A DNA stretch of 64,000 nucleotides from an uncultured Verrucomicrobiales bacterium (GTDB taxonomy: Bacteria; Verrucomicrobiota; Verrucomicrobiia; Verrucomicrobiales; Akkermansiaceae), in contig CALGMJ010000016.1 of NCBI GenBank assembly GCA_937958875.1, positions 306 to 64,305 of the forward strand. The letters are read 5' to 3'. The position numbers and the translations under genes are program-made. This document shows positions 58,967 to 64,000 of this stretch, piece by piece; within the stretch, counting starts at the first letter, position 1, and every line of letters starts with the position of its first letter. Below the pieces are notes generated by a model. It did not search any database, was not told the origin of the DNA, and saw only the letters and a list, made by a program, of their open reading frames with translations.

Positions 58967-59008
58967 AAAAAACGCCTTATCGGAATTAGTCCGATAAGGC
59001 GTTTTATC
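58967..59008 (+). terminator. rho-independent terminator
   Basis: 13-bp stem AACGCCTTATCGG/CCGATAAGGCGTT with a 7-nt loop and a T-rich tail. Confidence 0.8.
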
Positions 59009-59137
59009 GTTTCTGAGAGCGAATCTTATTCATTTCTGAATTTTTCGTCCTCATGAATGGTCTTCTCGCAATGTATGAATGAGAAGATGTATTACGACTT
59101 GAACCTTGGGCCGGATTTATAGAGTCTCCGCCCATCT

Positions 59138-61111
59138 ATGAATACAGAAGCACTTGCCAGAGCGGCCGCTGAGGCCCGCGGTCTATCTATCGACGCAGTT
59201 CATGCGTGTTCTTCCGGTCACCTTGGCCTTCCCCTCGGCTGCGCTGATATCGGAGCTGTTCTCTTCGGCGAGGCTCTCAGCTACAATCCTGCCGCCCCTA
59301 AGTGGCTCAACCGTGACCGTTTCATCCTCTCCGCAGGACACGGCTCCATGTTCATCTACGGCTGGCTCCACCTCTCAGGTTATAACGTCACGATCGATGA
59401 TGTTGCCGCATTCCGTAAACTTCACAGCGTGACTCCTGGTCACCCGGAATATGAAGAGACTGATGGCGTCGAAGCGACCACTGGCCCTCTTGGACAGGGT
59501 GTCGGAAACGCAGTCGGCTATGCTCTCTCTGGAAAGCGTGCTGCAGCAAAATTCAACACTGCAGATCACACCATCTTCGACAACCACATCGTTGCTCTCG
59601 CTGGTGATGGTTGCCTCCAGGAAGGTGTTGCTCAGGAAGCGATCGCTTTCGCGGGTCACAACCAGCTCGATAACCTCATCCTCATTTATGATTCAAACGA
59701 CGTCACTCTCGATGCTATGGCGGACGTGAGTCAGGGATGGGACACTGAAAAATATTTCCAGTCCCTTAATTGGGACGCCGTGACCATCGATGGTCACGAC
59801 ATGGCTGCTGTGCTGAAAGCGGTTCAGGATGCCAAGTCTAATGACAATGGAAAGCCAACTGTCATCATCGCTAAGACCGAAATCGGTCGTGGAATTCCTG
59901 AAGTTGCTGGCACTGCTAAGGGCCACGGCGAAGGTGGGGCCGCTTTCGCGGAGTCTGCTCGTAAGGGGCTCGGACTTCCTGAGGAAACATTCTTCGTTTC
60001 TGAAGAGACAAAATCTTACTTCAAGGATCACGCAGCGAAGCTTCAGGAGAGCTTTACTCAGTGGGAGGCAACTTACGCCGCTTGGTCTGCGGCTAACCCT
60101 GCGCTTGCTCAAGAGCTTCAGGATGGTGTCTCAAAAGCGATCCCAAGTGATCTCTCTGACAAAATCCCAGCCTTCGCTGACGACTACGCCGATGCCACCC
60201 GTGGTTCTGGTGGGGTTGTGATCAATGAAGTCGCCAAGCACGTTCCTTCTCTCATCACTGGTTCTGCAGACCTTTATGGATCGACCAAAAACTACCTCAA
60301 GGGTGAAGGCGATTACTCCGCTGAAAATCCTGGCGGCCGTAACATTTGGTTCGGTATTCGTGAGCACGCAATGGGTGCCATCTGTAATGGAATCGCCTAT
60401 GACGGTCTCTTCCGCGCAAGTGGTGCGACTTTCCTCGTCTTCGCTGACTACCTCCGCCCATCCATTCGTATCGCAGGTCTGGCTAAGCTTCCTGTGACCT
60501 ATATTTTCACTCACGATTCCGTGGGTGTGGGAGAAGATGGCCCGACTCACCAGCCTGTGGAGACCGTTTCTGGTCTTCGTGTCATTCCGAATGTCGACGT
60601 GATTCGTCCTGCTGATCAGGAAGAAGTCGCTGGTGCTTATATCGCCTCCATGACTCGCACTGATGGACCTACCGTTCTCAGTCTTTCTCGCCAAAAGGTC
60701 ATGCCTTTGAACTTTGCTTCCGTCGAAACTCGTCGTGAAGGCGTTCGCCAGGGTGCTTACATTCTTAAGAAAGAAGAAGGTGCTCTCGAGTGCATCATCA
60801 TGGCCACTGGTTCTGAGGTTGAGCACGCGGTAAAGGCTGCTGAGCAGATTGGTGCGGGCGCACGTGTCGTTTCTGTTCCTTGTATGGAGCGCTTTGACCG
60901 TCAGAGTGCAGAATACAAGTCTGAGGTTCTTCCTTGCTCTTGCACGAAGCGTGTCGCTATCGAAGCCGGAGTCACTGGACTCTGGTATAAGTATGTCGGC
61001 CTTGAAGGTTCTGTCATTGGAATTGATCGCTTCGGCATCAGTGCTCCAGGTGGCGTTGTCATGAACGAGCTCGGCATCAATGCGGAGTCCGTCATTTCAG
61101 CTCTCAGCTAA
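59138..61111 (+). CDS. tkt: transketolase
   Basis: [13 protein letters not shown](V)..EA and THDS(V)[10 protein letters not shown](V)E motifs. Full-length match. Confidence 0.97.
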   Translation: MNTEALARAAAEARGLSIDAVHACSSGHLGLPLGCADIGAVLFGEALSYNPAAPKWLNRDRFILSAGHGSMFIYGWLHLSGYNVTIDDVAAFRKLHSVTPGHPEYEETDGVEATTGPLGQGVGNAVGYALSGKRAAAKFNTADHTIFDNHIVALAGDGCLQEGVAQEAIAFAGHNQLDNLILIYDSNDVTLDAMADVSQGWDTEKYFQSLNWDAVTIDGHDMAAVLKAVQDAKSNDNGKPTVIIAKTEIGRGIPEVAGTAKGHGEGGAAFAESARKGLGLPEETFFVSEETKSYFKDHAAKLQESFTQWEATYAAWSAANPALAQELQDGVSKAIPSDLSDKIPAFADDYADATRGSGGVVINEVAKHVPSLITGSADLYGSTKNYLKGEGDYSAENPGGRNIWFGIREHAMGAICNGIAYDGLFRASGATFLVFADYLRPSIRIAGLAKLPVTYIFTHDSVGVGEDGPTHQPVETVSGLRVIPNVDVIRPADQEEVAGAYIASMTRTDGPTVLSLSRQKVMPLNFASVETRREGVRQGAYILKKEEGALECIIMATGSEVEHAVKAAEQIGAGARVVSVPCMERFDRQSAEYKSEVLPCSCTKRVAIEAGVTGLWYKYVGLEGSVIGIDRFGISAPGGVVMNELGINAESVISALS

Positions 61112-61138
61112 CGCCAGCTAGCTTCTCAAAAAACATTC

Positions 61139-61171
61139 AAAAGCGCTCGGGGAAACCTGAGCGCTTTTTTC
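61139..61171 (+). terminator. rho-independent terminator of tkt
   Basis: AAGCGCTC/GAGCGCTT stem with a 10-nt loop, running into TTTTTT. Confidence 0.85.
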
Positions 61172-61238
61172 GTGAAATCAGACTGCCTCATTTAAATTCG
61201 CTCTCGTAATCTCTGTCTCATCCGCTATTCCCAGCCCC

Positions 61239-62492
61239 GTGAAGATCTGCGTCGTCGGAAAAGGTGGTCGTGAGCATGCTCTCATTCGTTCTCTTCGTGA
61301 ATCCGAAAGCTCCCCTGAGGTGTTTTGCTTCCCCGGAAGTGAAGCCATCCATGAGCTGGAAGGAGCTGGAAAAGTCGAAGCCCATGATCTCGATTCGCTC
61401 ATCGCATGGATGAGTGAAAATTCCATTGATCTCTGCGTCGCGGGTGAGGAAAGCTACCTCGTTACTGGTGAAGGTCTTGCCAATCGCTGCCAGACGGCAG
61501 GCATTCCATGCTGGGGGCCTCCATTTACCGGAGCACAGATGGAAGCGAGTAAGGAGTTCGCAAAAGAATTCATGCTTCGCCACAAGATTCCCACCGGCGG
61601 GGCAACGGGTTGCGCGGATTTTGAGGAAGCGCAGGCTGCCATCGCGGGGAATTATCCAACCGTGTTAAAATTTGACGGTTTAGCCGCCGGAAAAGGAGTC
61701 GCCGTTTGTCCTGACAAAGCGTCTGCTGATGAATTCCTCGATGAAGTTCTGGTGCAGCGCCGTTTTGGAGATGGCCGCCTTCTCGTTGAAGAATTTCTCG
61801 AAGGTCCAGAAATTTCCATCTTTGCCGCCGTCAGTGGTCCCGATTATCTCATTCTTACGCCTGCTCGCGATTATAAGCGAATCGGAGAAGGGGATGAGGG
61901 GCCAAATACCGGAGGAATGGGAGCTGTCGCAAGTCGTCAACTTGCCGATCCTGAACTGATGAAGCGCATCGATGAAGAGATTGTGAAACCCACCGTGGCA
62001 GGTCTCGAAAAGGATGAGCTAAACTATGTAGGCTTCCTCTACTTTGGCCTCATGCTCACCAAGGATGGTCCTAAGATTATCGAGTATAACTGCCGCTTTG
62101 GAGATCCCGAATGTCAGGCTGTCATGCCTCTTCTTTCTGGCGACTTAGCGACTTTCTGCCTCGAAGGAGCAAAAGGAAATCTCAAGCCCGAGTTACTTTC
62201 CTTTAATGAAGGCTGGTCAGTATGCTGTATTTTAGCTTCCGCAGGTTACCCTGAAAGCTCCCGTGCAGGTGATGTTATCTCCGGTCTCGATGCGGTTGAT
62301 GATGCTCGCATTTATCATGCTGGGACGAAGAAAGTGGGGGATGACTGGGCCACCAATGGCGGGCGAGTCCTCGCCGTTGTCGCCGGAGGTGATACCCGAG
62401 AGGAGGCCGTCGAAAAGGCACATGCTGAAGCAGCCAAAGTCGACTTCCCCGGTAGCCAACGTCGTGCCGATATTGGGCGCATGCATTTCTAA
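61239..62492 (+). CDS. purD: phosphoribosylamine--glycine ligase
   Basis: MKICVVGKGGREHAL N-terminus (GTG start), an ATP-grasp region, and EYNCRFGDPE. Confidence 0.95.
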   Translation: MKICVVGKGGREHALIRSLRESESSPEVFCFPGSEAIHELEGAGKVEAHDLDSLIAWMSENSIDLCVAGEESYLVTGEGLANRCQTAGIPCWGPPFTGAQMEASKEFAKEFMLRHKIPTGGATGCADFEEAQAAIAGNYPTVLKFDGLAAGKGVAVCPDKASADEFLDEVLVQRRFGDGRLLVEEFLEGPEISIFAAVSGPDYLILTPARDYKRIGEGDEGPNTGGMGAVASRQLADPELMKRIDEEIVKPTVAGLEKDELNYVGFLYFGLMLTKDGPKIIEYNCRFGDPECQAVMPLLSGDLATFCLEGAKGNLKPELLSFNEGWSVCCILASAGYPESSRAGDVISGLDAVDDARIYHAGTKKVGDDWATNGGRVLAVVAGGDTREEAVEKAHAEAAKVDFPGSQRRADIGRMHF

Positions 62493-62557
62493 GAGATCGC
62501 TGTGCGAAGCTCCCTAGCTTGCAATCTCCTGGTAGAATTTTAATCTCTAGTGAATTA

Positions 62558-63079
62558 ATGAGTTTAATCCTCGATGAAGCAGCAATCGCCGCGGCAATAA
62601 GCCGTCTGGCCGATCAGATTTTTGAAGCTTCCGCTGGTGAGGTGATTGATCTCGTCGGGATTCGTAGTCGTGGTGATGAAGTTGCGGAGCGTGTTGCCGT
62701 TTTCCTGAGAGAAAAGGGCGCTGAAGTGCGTCTCGGAGTTTTGGATATTTCTCTCTACCGGGATGATTACGAGCACCTCGTCGAAAATCCAAAACTACAG
62801 AGCAGTGAGATTGATTTTCCCATCGATGGATCTCGAGTGATTCTTGTCGATGATGTCATTTTTACCGGGAGAACCATTCGTTCCGCGCTCGATGCGCTCT
62901 TTGATTATGGTCGTCCTGCTTCGGTAGATCTCGCCGTGCTCATTGATCGTGGTCACCGTGAACTTCCAGTTCAGCCAAGCTATGTTGGACAATCTCTTTC
63001 GACGGAACGCCATGACCATGTCATTGTGCGTTTGAAAAGCACCGACGGAGAAGACTCTGTCACCCTCACTCAAAAATAA
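62558..63079 (+). CDS. pyrR: bifunctional pyr operon regulator / uracil phosphoribosyltransferase PyrR
   Basis: The PRPP-binding motif VILVDDVIFTGRTIRSAL and the overall PyrR layout. It lies immediately upstream of pyrB. Confidence 0.9.
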   Translation: MSLILDEAAIAAAISRLADQIFEASAGEVIDLVGIRSRGDEVAERVAVFLREKGAEVRLGVLDISLYRDDYEHLVENPKLQSSEIDFPIDGSRVILVDDVIFTGRTIRSALDALFDYGRPASVDLAVLIDRGHRELPVQPSYVGQSLSTERHDHVIVRLKSTDGEDSVTLTQK

Positions 63080-63092
63080 GATTCTTCGTCCC

Positions 63093-64000
63093 ATGGCTCA
63101 TAAAGATTTTCTTGATATCAGCTCCCTTCAGCGTGAGGAAATTATCAGTCTTTTAGATCAGGCCGTGCCTTTTAAGGATCTCTTCACCCGTTCGGTGAAA
63201 AAAGTCCCTGCTCTCAAGGGCAAGACGGTGCTCATGCTTTTTTACGAGCCAAGTACGAGAACTCTCTCATCGTTCGAAGTCGCGGCGAAGCGTCTTTCTG
63301 CCGATGTCACTATCTTTGATGTGCCTCATTCTTCAGTGACGAAAGGGGAGTCTGTGCGCGACACCATCGATACTCTTCAGGCCATGCGTGCTGACTACAT
63401 TGTGGTGCGTCATCGTCTATCCGGTCAGCCTGCCGCGATTGCGCGCCAGACGGGAGCTTCTGTCATCAATGCCGGCGACGGAGCTCATGCTCATCCCACC
63501 CAGGCCCTCTTAGATGCCTTTACCTTCCGCGAGAAATTTCCCGAGATGGAGGGAAGGCGTGTTCTCATTATGGGCGATATTCTTCATAGCCGTGTCGCTC
63601 GCTCCACGAGCACTATTTTTGAAAAACTCGGGGTCGAAGTTGCTTTCTGCGGCCCAGGAAGTCTCGTGCCTCAGACGCGTTTCCCTCGTTTCACGAACTA
63701 TGAAGAAGCGATGAAGTGGAAGCCTGATGTCGTCTATCTTTTGCGGGTGCAGAAGGAACGTCAGACGGCCTCCTTTTTCCCAAGTGATCGCGAATATCAC
63801 CAGACCTACGGAGTGACTGATGAACGTCTCAAGCAGATCGCGGGAGAAGGCATTTATGTGATGCACCCTGGCCCGATCAATCGTGGCGTGGAACTCTGCG
63901 ATGCGGTGTTAGATTACGATCGCTGCCTGATTTCCCAACAAGTCGAGAATGGTATCGCCGCTCGCATGTCCGTTCTTTACGGCCTCAAATCTAAAAAATC
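63093..64000 (+). CDS. pyrB: aspartate carbamoyltransferase catalytic subunit (3' end beyond the window)
   Basis: My own translation from ATG 63093 gives MAHKDFLDISSL...FYEPSTRTLSSFE...HPTQALLD... with no stop up to the window end. It is absent from the ORF track only because it is open-ended. Confidence 0.9.
   Translation, partial: MAHKDFLDISSLQREEIISLLDQAVPFKDLFTRSVKKVPALKGKTVLMLFYEPSTRTLSSFEVAAKRLSADVTIFDVPHSSVTKGESVRDTIDTLQAMRADYIVVRHRLSGQPAAIARQTGASVINAGDGAHAHPTQALLDAFTFREKFPEMEGRRVLIMGDILHSRVARSTSTIFEKLGVEVAFCGPGSLVPQTRFPRFTNYEEAMKWKPDVVYLLRVQKERQTASFFPSDREYHQTYGVTDERLKQIAGEGIYVMHPGPINRGVELCDAVLDYDRCLISQQVENGIAARMSVLYGLKSKK

Noticed and set aside
60131-60826. A 231-aa antisense ORF inside tkt
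   Set aside because: Same reasoning: the transketolase frame is unambiguous and the antisense product is featureless.
62493-63092. A search for a PyrR-binding anti-antiterminator loop or attenuator upstream of pyrR and between pyrR and pyrB
   Set aside because: I see no sequence resembling the conserved PyrR RNA-binding loop and no terminator hairpin. The pyrR-pyrB spacer is only 13 nt. Regulation by attenuation cannot be supported from this sequence.
63510-63866. A 118-aa minus-strand ORF near the right edge
   Set aside because: It lies opposite the open-ended pyrB frame (STRT and HPTQ motifs), which explains this region.
1-64000. A window-wide look for CRISPR arrays, IS elements, transposases, integrases, phage genes, toxin-antitoxin pairs, restriction-modification or other defence systems
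   Set aside because: None was recognised. The only repeats seen are the in-gene KGECS and RGG coding repeats and short hairpins. Gene content and density look like core chromosome.

Overview
This is a 64-kb window of roughly 50% GC. It reads as an ordinary chromosomal core region of a PVC-superphylum bacterium, most likely Verrucomicrobiota. That placement is an inference from several features: a Tat-DUF1501 plus PSCyt/DUF1549/DUF1553 gene pair, a PEP-CTERM protein, a giant LTD-CotH protein, a formylglycine-generating enzyme and a MurC-MurB fusion. I support about 50 protein genes, one complete tRNA-Arg(UCU), a tRNA-His 3' segment at the left edge, 14 terminator-like hairpins and one in-gene tandem repeat. 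Housekeeping content dominates. Translation genes are rpsO-pnp, thrS, infC, tsf-rpsB and rpmE2. Cell-wall and envelope genes are murG, murC-murB and lptD. Central and nucleotide/amino-acid metabolism genes are tkt, purD, pyrR-pyrB, tmk, argD, hisA, glnII and gpgS. Stress and redox genes are sodN and rex. I found no CRISPR array, transposase, integrase, prophage, toxin-antitoxin pair or recognisable defence genes, and I cannot support a multi-gene novel system here. The observations most worth a second look are single genes or gene pairs. (1) A secreted protein has Cys at every fifth residue in a (KGECS)n array fused to HMA metal-binding domains. (2) A protein carries a eukaryote-like RGG box plus acidic and lysine-rich disordered segments. 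(3) An HtrA-like protease is translationally coupled to a catalytically dead paralogue whose PDZ domain is inserted inside the protease fold. (4) A degenerate kinase-like domain is fused to a PP2C phosphatase between rex and glnII. (5) There is an orphan, motif-degenerate helicase C-terminal domain protein. (6) A Ni-superoxide dismutase has its Ni-hook placed directly after a Sec signal peptide. All functional calls come from motif and sequence recognition by eye and memory. No BLAST, HMM or folding computation was run.
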